Positions 56,193 to 64,000 of a stretch of 64,000 bases of DNA are shown piece by piece (position 1 is the stretch's first letter; each line of letters starts with the position of its first letter). Source of the stretch: Candidatus Eiseniibacteriota bacterium (GTDB lineage: Bacteria > Eisenbacteria > RBG-16-71-46 > CAVPCR01); contig CAWGMA010000001.1 in NCBI GenBank assembly GCA_963823555.1, forward strand, positions 1,088,001 to 1,152,000, given 5' to 3'. The position numbers and the translations under genes are program-made. The notes under the pieces are model-generated. The model did no database searches, was not told where the DNA came from, and saw nothing but the letters and a program-made list of their open reading frames with translations.

Positions 56193-57053
56193 GTGTTCAC
56201 GCGATTCAAGGGGAATCCTCGCGCTTCGCGCTTCACTCGAAGAAGATCGATTGGGGCTTTGTCGCATCGCGACTTGCGGCTGCAATACCATGGTCGAGGC
56301 CCACGCCGGGGCTGGCTCCGGAGAATCGCGCTGGCCCTGTGCGGCGCCGCCGTCCTCGGCGGCCTCGCCTTTCTCGCCAACGCCACCGCCGAGCTCGTAA
56401 GCGAGTCGCAGTTCTTCGCGGTCAAGGGCGTGAAGGTCCGGGGTGCCAGCTATCTCGCCGAGGAGACCATCCTCGCCCAGATCGGGGAGGTGCGCGGCGC
56501 GAGCCTCATCGATGTCCATCCGGAGGAGATCGCGGAGCGTCTGGAGATGCACCCGCGAATCCGCCGGGCCAAGGTCAGCCGGGGGTTCGATCGCCGCATC
56601 CAGGTCGTGCTGGAGGAGCGAGAGCCCATTGCCCTGGTCGAGACCGGGGTGCTGGTGGAGGTGGACGTGGAGGGCTTTATCTTGCCTCCCATCGAGCGTG
56701 CCGGCTGGCCGGATCTCCCGGTGCTGACCGGCGCCGCAGGACGGGTGCCGACCCCGGGGACCCAGCTCAAGTCTCCGGCCGTGCGCGATGCGCTCGATTT
56801 CCTGGCCGACCTCTCCCATGTCGATGCGGAGTTCCTGGACATGATCTCGGAGATGGATCTCCGTCAGAGTCCAATCTGCAGCATCCACCTGGTCGGCAGG
56901 CCACAGGTGATCAAGGTGAATATCGGTTCCATCAGCGCGGCCAAGCTTGCTGGGCTGCGCCTGGTGCTGAAGGACCTGGAAGCACGCGGCCGGACGAACG
57001 TCGAAGTGGATCTCCGCTTCGAAGGCCAGCTCGTGGTTCGCGACCTCACGTAA
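56193..57053 (+). CDS. ftsQ: Cell division protein FtsQ/DivIB
   Basis: TM, POTRA-like region (VKVRG..HPRIRRAKVSR..EREP), C-terminal VDLRFEGQLVVR. Confidence 0.9.
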   Translation: MFTRFKGNPRASRFTRRRSIGALSHRDLRLQYHGRGPRRGWLRRIALALCGAAVLGGLAFLANATAELVSESQFFAVKGVKVRGASYLAEETILAQIGEVRGASLIDVHPEEIAERLEMHPRIRRAKVSRGFDRRIQVVLEEREPIALVETGVLVEVDVEGFILPPIERAGWPDLPVLTGAAGRVPTPGTQLKSPAVRDALDFLADLSHVDAEFLDMISEMDLRQSPICSIHLVGRPQVIKVNIGSISAAKLAGLRLVLKDLEARGRTNVEVDLRFEGQLVVRDLT

Positions 57054-57072
57054 TACTTGGAGGGCAGGGCGA

Positions 57073-58299
57073 GTGTTGGATTCGATGATCTTCTGCGGTC
57101 TCGACATCGGAACGACCAAGGCAACGGCGATCATCGCCGATGTCGGCGATCCTGCCGCCATCCAGATCCTGGGAGTGGGCACCGCCCCCTCCGACGGCCT
57201 TCGGCGCGGGGTTGTCGTCGATCTCGAGCGCACGACGGCGGCCGTGAGCCGCGCCATCGAAGCGGCCGAGCGCATGGCGGGATTCCCCGTGCGCCAGGTG
57301 ACGGCCGGTATCGCTGGTGACCACATCCGTTCCCTCAACTCGCGGGGCGTGATCGCCGTGGCCGGGCGCGACCACGAGATCGGCCCCGGGGACGTGCGGC
57401 GGGTGGTGGAGGCGGCGCGGGCCGTTGCCATCCCGGCCGACAGGGAGATAATCCACGTCGTCCCGCAAGAGTTCGTGGTCGACTCTCAGCGGGGCATCAA
57501 GGAACCGGTGGGGATGTGTGGAGTCCGCCTGGAAGCGGAGGTCCACATCATCACGGGTGCCACCGCGGCCGCCCGCAATCTGACCCGGGCCATCGAGAAA
57601 GCCGATCTCCGGGTCGAGGAACTGGTCCTGCAGCCCCTGGCCTCGGCCCGGGCCGTCCTGTCTCCGGATGAGGAGGATCTCGGTGTGGTTCTCCTCGACA
57701 TCGGCGGTGGGACCACCGATATCGCCGTCTTCCATCAGGGCGCCATCCGGCACACGGCGGTGATCGGACTGGGCGGAGCGAACATCACCTCCGATCTGGC
57801 CATCGGGCTCAGAACCCCTCTGGAGCGGGCCGAGAGGCTCAAACTCGAGGCGGGGTGCGCCATGGCAGCGCTCACGCCGGCCGGCGAGATGGTCGCCGTG
57901 CCCGGGGTCGGTGGTCGCGAGGAGACCCCGATCCCGCGACAGACCATGTCCGAGATGATCGAGCCACGAGTCGAGGAGATCCTGACCTTGGCGTATCGGG
58001 AAGTGAAGCGGACGGGGTGCGCTGATTTCCTGGGCTCTGGCGTGGTGGTGACCGGCGGCACGGCGGCGATGCGCGGCGTCATCGAACTTGCCGAAGAGAT
58101 CTTCGCCATGCCGGCGCGCCGGGGCTGCCCGCACCCGATCGGATCGGCTCCGGTCTCGCTCGATCATCCGATGTTCGCGACAGCAGTCGGCCTCGTGAGG
58201 TACGCCGCGGGGCAAGCCTCAGAAAATTGCCGACCGGTTGAATCTTTGGTTGACAAGGTGGGGACAAAACTCAAGAATCTCGTCGCCCAGTTCTATTAG
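57073..58299 (+). CDS. ftsA: Cell division protein FtsA
   Basis: GLDIGTTK, GLRRGVVVD, GVRLEAEVHI, LLDIGGGTTD, VVTGG, ATAVGL. Confidence 0.96.
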   Translation: MLDSMIFCGLDIGTTKATAIIADVGDPAAIQILGVGTAPSDGLRRGVVVDLERTTAAVSRAIEAAERMAGFPVRQVTAGIAGDHIRSLNSRGVIAVAGRDHEIGPGDVRRVVEAARAVAIPADREIIHVVPQEFVVDSQRGIKEPVGMCGVRLEAEVHIITGATAAARNLTRAIEKADLRVEELVLQPLASARAVLSPDEEDLGVVLLDIGGGTTDIAVFHQGAIRHTAVIGLGGANITSDLAIGLRTPLERAERLKLEAGCAMAALTPAGEMVAVPGVGGREETPIPRQTMSEMIEPRVEEILTLAYREVKRTGCADFLGSGVVVTGGTAAMRGVIELAEEIFAMPARRGCPHPIGSAPVSLDHPMFATAVGLVRYAAGQASENCRPVESLVDKVGTKLKNLVAQFY

Positions 58300-58350
58300 G
58301 GCAGCGAATCCGATGGGTTCGCGGCGAGATCAAGCGAGGAGAATGACTCG

Positions 58351-59532
58351 ATGCCTTTCGAGTTTGATGTAGAGCACAAGCGCTTTGCGACCCTCAAGGT
58401 CATTGGCGTGGGCGGTGCTGGAGGCAATGCTGTAAACCGCATGATCTCGTCGAGCCTGACGGGCGTTGACTTCATCGTCGCGAACACCGATGCCCAGGTG
58501 CTTGCCGAGTCGAGTGCTCTCAACAAGGTCCAGATCGGGCGCAATCTGACCAAGGGCCTCGGCGCCGGCGGCGACCCCGAGGTCGGGCGGCGCGCGGCCC
58601 AGGAAGACGCGGATGCCCTGGCCGAGATCCTCGAAGGGGCGGACATGGTCTTCGTCACGGGCGGCATGGGTGGAGGTACCGGCACGGGCGCGGCTCCGGT
58701 CATCGCCGAGATCGCGCGCGAGCAGGGGGCTCTCACGGTGGCCGTGGTGACCAGGCCCTTCACTTTCGAGGGCCGCCGGCGTCGGCAGCAGGCCGAGCAG
58801 GGTCTCGAGGAGCTGCGCGAGAAGGTCGACACGCTGATCACGATTCCCAACGACCGCTTGCTCCAGGTCGTGGCCCGGGAGACTCCGGTCGAGAGGGCCT
58901 TCGAGGTCGCCGATCAAGTACTGCTCGAGGCCACGCGCGGAATCTCTGACCTGATCACGGTTCCGGGGCTCGTCAATCTCGATTTCGCCGACGTCCGCAC
59001 GGTGATGCAGTCGCGCGGCAACGCCCTCATGGGCACTGGCCGCGGCGCGGGCGAGCGGCGGGCCGCGGAGGCGGCGCTGGCAGCGATCTCGAGTCCGCTC
59101 CTGGACGATATCTCGATCACCGGGGCCGAGGCCATCCTCGTCAACGTCACCGGTGGCAAGGATCTCACGCTGTTCGAGGTGAACGAGGCGGCGTCGACCA
59201 TCCTCGAGGCCGCGGGCGAAGACGCCAACGTGATCTTCGGCGCTGTCATCGACCCGGAGAAGGAAGGGGAGGTCACGGTCACCGTCATCGCTACTGGCTT
59301 CGCCATGAACTTCGCCAGGGAAAAGCCGATCGTGATCGAAATGGCTCAGCCCCGGTCGGCGGCGCGAGTCATCGAGCCGGCCTTCCCCGACGACGCGCGC
59401 ATCCTGGAAACGCCGGCGTGGTCGCGCCGCGCGGTGGCTGGATTCAACCGAGCGCAATCGGCTCCGGCTCCAGCGCCCACGTTGAGCGACAATCTCGATG
59501 TGCCGACGTTCATGCGGAAGCACGCCGAGTAG
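58351..59532 (+). CDS. ftsZ: Cell division protein FtsZ
   Basis: [36 protein letters not shown]-terminal LDVPTFMRK. Confidence 0.98.
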   Translation: MPFEFDVEHKRFATLKVIGVGGAGGNAVNRMISSSLTGVDFIVANTDAQVLAESSALNKVQIGRNLTKGLGAGGDPEVGRRAAQEDADALAEILEGADMVFVTGGMGGGTGTGAAPVIAEIAREQGALTVAVVTRPFTFEGRRRRQQAEQGLEELREKVDTLITIPNDRLLQVVARETPVERAFEVADQVLLEATRGISDLITVPGLVNLDFADVRTVMQSRGNALMGTGRGAGERRAAEAALAAISSPLLDDISITGAEAILVNVTGGKDLTLFEVNEAASTILEAAGEDANVIFGAVIDPEKEGEVTVTVIATGFAMNFAREKPIVIEMAQPRSAARVIEPAFPDDARILETPAWSRRAVAGFNRAQSAPAPAPTLSDNLDVPTFMRKHAE

Positions 59533-59583
59533 GAGGTCAAGAGCTGCGGTCGCGGCATTCCGAGCCGCCTAGACATTCGGTTT

Positions 59584-59680
59584 GGGCCCGGTCCCTTGAG
59601 GAGGGAGAAGGCGCGGGTTGGACACGGGGCACGTCCCACCCGGCAACGACTCCATCCGAGGGTTCCGGGCCCTTTCCTTT
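59584..59680 (+). terminator. Extended ~90-nt hairpin with U-rich tail after ftsZ (terminator or structured RNA)
   Basis: GGGCCCGG/CCGGGCCC, CCCTTG/CGAGGG, GGAG/CTCC, CGGGT/ACCCG, GGAC/GTCC, then TTTCCTTT. Confidence 0.5.
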
Positions 59681-59795
59681 GCTACGAGCAGGGGCTAGCA
59701 GGATGGATCGCTTGGCGGTGGGCGGTGCGGACGATGGGCGGGAAGCGTGACGGGGGGCCGAGGCGGTGAGCAGCCGTGAGGGGTGGAGGATTCCC

Positions 59796-59996
59796 CTAGC
59801 TGCGGTGGGGTGCCTTCTGGACTCGGTTGGAGCGCAGACACCGCGTGCAGACCTTGATCCGGGCCACCCGGCCTTCGATATTGGCGCGAACACGCTTGAG
59901 ATTGGGCCGCCAGACCCGGTGCGATACGTTGTGGGCGTGGGAGATCCGGTTTCCCCCCAGCGAGCCCTTGCCGCAGACATCGCAACGAACAGACAT
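59796..59996 (-). CDS. rpmB: 50S ribosomal protein L28 (zinc-binding C+ form)
   Basis: CDVCGK..GNRISHAHN..R.WRPNL..KVCTRCLRS; AAGGAG RBS. Confidence 0.96.
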   Translation of the reverse strand: MSVRCDVCGKGSLGGNRISHAHNVSHRVWRPNLKRVRANIEGRVARIKVCTRCLRSNRVQKAPHRS

Positions 59997-60064
59997 GCTA
60001 TCTCCTTGAGCGCCCGGTCCCGCGCGGGCGGACTGCCAAGAATGACGAGGGATGGGCCAACCCG

Positions 60065-62335
60065 ATGAGCCCGATGCCGACCTCAGAGGCGAAAGAGCCT
60101 AGCACCCCGCGCACCGGGCTGGCAAGCCCCGACCCTGGCGCGCCCTCGTCTGGCTCGGGGCCATCTCCTCGACCCGGATCTTCCCTGGCGGGTGAAGGGG
60201 ATGCCGGATCGGCGACCGTGGCGGAGGTCGGGGGGGGCTCGAACCCGCCTGCGGCCCGACCCCGCGGGGGAGGACTCGGCCTCGATGATCCGATCCAGTA
60301 CCTCCGCGGGGTGGGTCCGCGACGGGCCGAGCTCCTCATTCGAATCGCCGTCCGTACGCCCCGCGACCTCCTCCTGACCTTGCCCCGGACCTACTCGGAT
60401 CGAACGCAGATCAAGCCCATCGCCGAGCTGCGGGCCGGCGAGGCCGCCCTCATCATCGGCCATGTGGTCCGGGCGCAAGTCCGTCGTCGCCCGCGGAGCC
60501 GTCCCGACACGATGGCCGTCGTAAGGGATGAGAGCGGGGTCCTGGAGGTCGTGTGGTGGGGTCAGCCGTACATGCTGCGGCTCCTGCGTCCAGGGCTCGC
60601 CGTGGCCCTCTTCGGCGAGGTAGCGGTCTACCGACGGGGATTCACCATGAACTCCCCCGAGATCGAGGTGGTCGAACCAGGAGCCGAGAAGCCGGCCGGC
60701 ATCGTCCCCGTCTATGGCCTGACCGAAGGAGTGAGCCAGCGGACGCTACGTGATCTCGTCCAGCAAGTTCTCCCTCTCGCCCCCGGATTGGAGGAGACCC
60801 TGCCCGATCCCGTGCGTCGTGAGCACGAGATGCCGGGGATCGCCGCGGCGGTGGCGGCGGTGCACGCCCCCGGGTCGCTTGCCCAGGCGGCGGCAGCACG
60901 GCGCCGGTTGGCGTTCGATGAGCTCCTGGAACTCCTCGTCGCCCTCGGCGTCCGGCGCCGCCGGCGCCGACGAGAGCTTCCCGGGTTCGCCCAGAGTCCT
61001 GGACAGCGCTTCGCCGCGGCCCAGGCGGCGCTGCCCTTCTCGCTCACCGCCTCGCAGGAGCGCGTGCTCGGGGAGATCCTCGCCGACATGGCGGTATCAA
61101 GCCCCATGCATCGCCTGCTCGAGGGCGAAGTCGGTTCAGGCAAGACCGTCGTGGCGCTCCTCGCCGCGCTGGCGGCGATCGATTCCGGGCGCCAGGTGGC
61201 GATCATGGCGCCCACAGAGATCCTGGCCGCCCAGCACATGCGGACCGCCCTCAAGCTCCTTCCCGGGGTGCGACCGTTGCTCCTGACCGGCTCCTCAGGA
61301 AGCCGCGAACGACGGGAGCTTCTTGCGTCGCTGGCGCGGGGCGACGGGGAGCTGGCGATTGGTACGCACGCTCTGTTCTCGGCCGACGTCCACTTCCGCC
61401 GCCTGGGGCTCGTCGTGGTCGATGAGCAGCACCGGTTCGGGGTCAGCGAGCGAGTGGCCCTGGCCGAAAAGGGCGCCCTTCCGGACCTCTTGGTCATGAC
61501 CGCGACACCGATTCCACGGAGTCTCGCTCTCACCGTGTTCGGCGATCTCGACCTGAGCCTCATCGACGAGCGACCACCCGGGCGCCGACCGGCGCGAACC
61601 CACGTCGTCGAGACGACGAAGCGCGAGAAGGTGTACGAGTTCGTTGCGGGGCGCCTGGCACGCGGGGAGCAGGCCTTCGTGATCACCCCCCGAGTCGAAG
61701 CGGATCCCGCGAGCGAACTGTCAGCGGCCACCGAAAGGGCGGAGGAGCTTCGCCACCATCCACTCCTTGGCCAGCATCGAATCGGCCTGGTCCACGGCCG
61801 GCTTGACTCGCGCGACAAGGAAAAGGCGATGAGTGACTTCCGCCGGGGTGTCACCCGACTGCTCGTGGCGACGACGGTCGTCGAGGTCGGAGTGGATGTC
61901 TCCACGGTGACGGTCATCCTGATCGAGCACCCGGAGCGCTTCGGGCTGTCACAGCTCCACCAGCTTCGCGGTCGTGTCGGGCGTGGCGATCACGTGGCTC
62001 ATGCCATCCTCCTTGTCGACCCGGATCTCGATCCCGAGGTGCGGAACCGGCTCGAGGCCTTTGCCGGCACCGATGATGGATTTGCCGTGGCCGAGCTCGA
62101 TCTGGCTCAGCGCGGACCGGGCGCTCTTCTCGGCGATGCCCAGCACGGCTTCGGGAGCTTTCGCATCGCCCACCCACTTCGCGATCGCGAGCTCATCGAA
62201 CTTGCGCAGAGGGTCGCCGTCGATCTGGTCGACTCGGACCCGACGCTGTCCCGGCATCCGGCCCTCGCCCGAGCCGTGGAACGGCGCGCGCGAGGGCACA
62301 CCGCCGACCCGGATGACGTGCGGCTGACCGGCTGA
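60065..62335 (+). CDS. recG: ATP-dependent DNA helicase RecG
   Basis: LRGVGP, RRLAFDE, RLLEGEVGSGKT, MAPTEILA.QH, DEQHRFG, MTATPIPR, ERFGLSQLHQLRGRVGRG, DGFAVAELDL..RGPG. Confidence 0.95.
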   Translation: MSPMPTSEAKEPSTPRTGLASPDPGAPSSGSGPSPRPGSSLAGEGDAGSATVAEVGGGSNPPAARPRGGGLGLDDPIQYLRGVGPRRAELLIRIAVRTPRDLLLTLPRTYSDRTQIKPIAELRAGEAALIIGHVVRAQVRRRPRSRPDTMAVVRDESGVLEVVWWGQPYMLRLLRPGLAVALFGEVAVYRRGFTMNSPEIEVVEPGAEKPAGIVPVYGLTEGVSQRTLRDLVQQVLPLAPGLEETLPDPVRREHEMPGIAAAVAAVHAPGSLAQAAAARRRLAFDELLELLVALGVRRRRRRRELPGFAQSPGQRFAAAQAALPFSLTASQERVLGEILADMAVSSPMHRLLEGEVGSGKTVVALLAALAAIDSGRQVAIMAPTEILAAQHMRTALKLLPGVRPLLLTGSSGSRERRELLASLARGDGELAIGTHALFSADVHFRRLGLVVVDEQHRFGVSERVALAEKGALPDLLVMTATPIPRSLALTVFGDLDLSLIDERPPGRRPARTHVVETTKREKVYEFVAGRLARGEQAFVITPRVEADPASELSAATERAEELRHHPLLGQHRIGLVHGRLDSRDKEKAMSDFRRGVTRLLVATTVVEVGVDVSTVTVILIEHPERFGLSQLHQLRGRVGRGDHVAHAILLVDPDLDPEVRNRLEAFAGTDDGFAVAELDLAQRGPGALLGDAQHGFGSFRIAHPLRDRELIELAQRVAVDLVDSDPTLSRHPALARAVERRARGHTADPDDVRLTG

Positions 62336-62547
62336 TCGCTCGGTGATCCCACCAGCGCGTTTCGGCCCAAAGCGGTGGCGGATTTCTTGCATCTCGTCCT
62401 CGTCGGCTCGAAAGACGCCACCCACGCTGATGGGTGCATTCCCCCCAAGCCGCTGCCGCGGATCTGCCGCGTGCGGGCTCCGGTTGCCCGTATCCCTCGT
62501 CCCCGGCCCAACGTGCGCGGCCCCGGCGGCGGGCTGAGGATGATCCA

Positions 62548-63423
62548 GTGCTCGTGGTCTGCCCATACTGCGCCACGCGACACCGCGTGAGCACCGAACA
62601 CATCCCACCGCAAGGTGCACTGGCGCATTGCACGGGGTGTGGGCGTGCCTTCGGCGTGGGTGGGCGCGCGGCTCCGCCCGCGCAACCCCCGGAGGGTCCA
62701 GCGGCGCGGTCCGTCGAGGTCCGGGCGACGAGCCCGGAGAGACGCCAGGCACCGGCACCTGGGCCGGCCCGGCCGGCGCCGCGTCCACCCGAGCCAAGGC
62801 CGAGCCCCGCTCCCAGCGCTGCGAGCCCGGGTTCCGACCCGATCCCCGCCGCCAGGGCGGCGGCGACGAAGCCGGCATCCGAGCCGCGGCCGTCCCCATC
62901 CAGCGGGGAGAGCCCCGCTGCGGATGCTTCAGGGCGTGACGAAGCAGGGGCCAAGCGCCGAGTTCCACCGCGCTCGGCAGCAGCGAGCCCGATCGGTGCC
63001 CACATCCGTCTGAAGGCGCGCACGACCCAGCATCGGTCCCAGAAGCCCATGGCCAGCATTCAACTCAAGCATCAGATGGGCAACGGGGAGCGACCGCTTC
63101 TCGTCACGCATGGCTTCGGACTCGGTGACCAGGTTTCGTCCGGTGACTCGGTGAACCCGAGCGGCGCACCTTCCGATGCTCAGGTCACGCTCTCCGCAGA
63201 GGACCTGAGGCAGATCGCAGAGGACCTGATCACCGCGCTTTGCTCCGCGCATGCCGATCTGGTCGCCGAGGCCCGCGCCGATCATCGCTGGGACGCGCAT
63301 CTCGGCACCCTGGTGCGCGAAGCGTGGAGCGATTATCAGGCGGTGGCCGGAACGCAGGTTTCCGACGCGCACTTTCGGGCCGCGTTGAATCGGATCCTGG
63401 CGGACGGCAGGCCGGTGTTCTAG
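62548..63423 (+). CDS. MJ0042-type zinc-ribbon protein with Pro/Ala linker and helical C-terminal domain
   Basis: GAGGA RBS then GTG; VVCPYCATRHRV..IPPQG..HCTGCGRAF; C-terminal ..EAWSDY..HFRAALNRILADGRPVF. Confidence 0.8.
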   Translation: MLVVCPYCATRHRVSTEHIPPQGALAHCTGCGRAFGVGGRAAPPAQPPEGPAARSVEVRATSPERRQAPAPGPARPAPRPPEPRPSPAPSAASPGSDPIPAARAAATKPASEPRPSPSSGESPAADASGRDEAGAKRRVPPRSAAASPIGAHIRLKARTTQHRSQKPMASIQLKHQMGNGERPLLVTHGFGLGDQVSSGDSVNPSGAPSDAQVTLSAEDLRQIAEDLITALCSAHADLVAEARADHRWDAHLGTLVREAWSDYQAVAGTQVSDAHFRAALNRILADGRPVF

Positions 63424-64000
63424 CCGCGCCGCGCCACGGCCACCGGCTCTTCCGCCTTGCGTACATCCGGGTCGGTGAGAACGCGCGGGCGGTGGGCCAC
63501 AGGAGTCGGCCAGTTCATCCCCGAGGCGGAGAGGGCCCGCGCATAGACCTGGATGAGCTTCTCGACCACGTTGTCCCAGGCATAGGTTCTGGCTCGTCGT
63601 CGGCCCGCTTCCCCCATCCTGGCCCGAAGCGTCGGGTTCATGAGGACGGCCGTCAGCGCCCTGGCAAGGCCGGCTGCGTCACGGGGGGGGACGAGGAGTC
63701 CGGTTTCACCGGGCTCGACGACCTGCCGGTACCCCGAGATGTCGCTTGCCACGACGACGCGAGAGCTAGCCATGGCCTCCAGCAGCACGATGCCGAAGCT
63801 CTCGTTGCGGACCGCTGGCGCGCACAGGCAGTCCGCCGCAGCATAGAGACGAGGAACGTTGGCTGCGGAGATCGGGCCGAGGAAGCGGACGAGGTCGGGC
63901 GCCTTGGTTTGCGCTCGTGCTCGGAGTTGTGTTGCTCGCGGCCCATCGCCGGCGATCAGGAGGCGGACACGACCGAGCTCCCGCGCCACCGAGGGCAGGG
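63420..64000 (-). CDS. GT4 glycosyltransferase, PimA-like (5' truncated)
   Basis: LIAGDGP, CAPAVRNESFGIVLLEAMAS..VVASDISGY, YAWDNV. Confidence 0.85.
   Translation of the reverse strand, partial: LPSVARELGRVRLLIAGDGPRATQLRARAQTKAPDLVRFLGPISAANVPRLYAAADCLCAPAVRNESFGIVLLEAMASSRVVVASDISGYRQVVEPGETGLLVPPRDAAGLARALTAVLMNPTLRARMGEAGRRRARTYAWDNVVEKLIQVYARALSASGMNWPTPVAHRPRVLTDPDVRKAEEPVAVARRG

Noticed and set aside
1..64000. CRISPR arrays, IS/integrases, tRNA/rRNA, PEP-CTERM tails or exosortase
   Set aside because: None recognised by eye.

Overview
A very GC-rich bacterial window with three parts. (1) Positions 1-36.8 kb hold a large surface-glycan/glycoprotein locus. Its + strand run (1-27053) encodes a DUF2723/TMEM260-like GT-C with TPRs, a sugar-nucleotide epimerase, many GT2/GT4 enzymes, Wzx, an AsnB-type amidotransferase, YfhO, polyprenol-P-mannose synthase, a PorZ-like beta-propeller with a T9SS/FlgD-Ig C-terminal domain, a Wzy/GT-C, a CapD-like dehydratase and a FemAB-like GNAT. 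A convergent - strand block encodes a GT-C, a UGM-like flavoenzyme, a GT2, a polysaccharide deacetylase and a ~1440-aa secreted SGNH/FN3/repeat protein with a T9SS-like CTD. (2) An S1-like paralog and a second AsnB-like gene lacking the catalytic Cys. (3) A dcw cluster (mraZ to ftsZ, no ddl), then rpmB, recG, a zinc-ribbon protein with a possible RomX-like tail, and a partial PimA-like GT4. FlgD-Ig CTDs, a DAP-type MurE and PASTA-bearing FtsI suggest a diderm FCB-group lineage such as Eisenbacteria/Latescibacterota (inference). Five apparent single-base frameshifts, one in essential murE, point to long-read indel errors. The main candidate novel system is a T9SS-like cargo glycosylation/anchoring locus that parallels the PorZ/Wbp/Vim pathway, probably outside Bacteroidota. 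No rRNA, tRNA, CRISPR or mobile elements were recognised. All calls are by-eye motif recognition; no searches were run.
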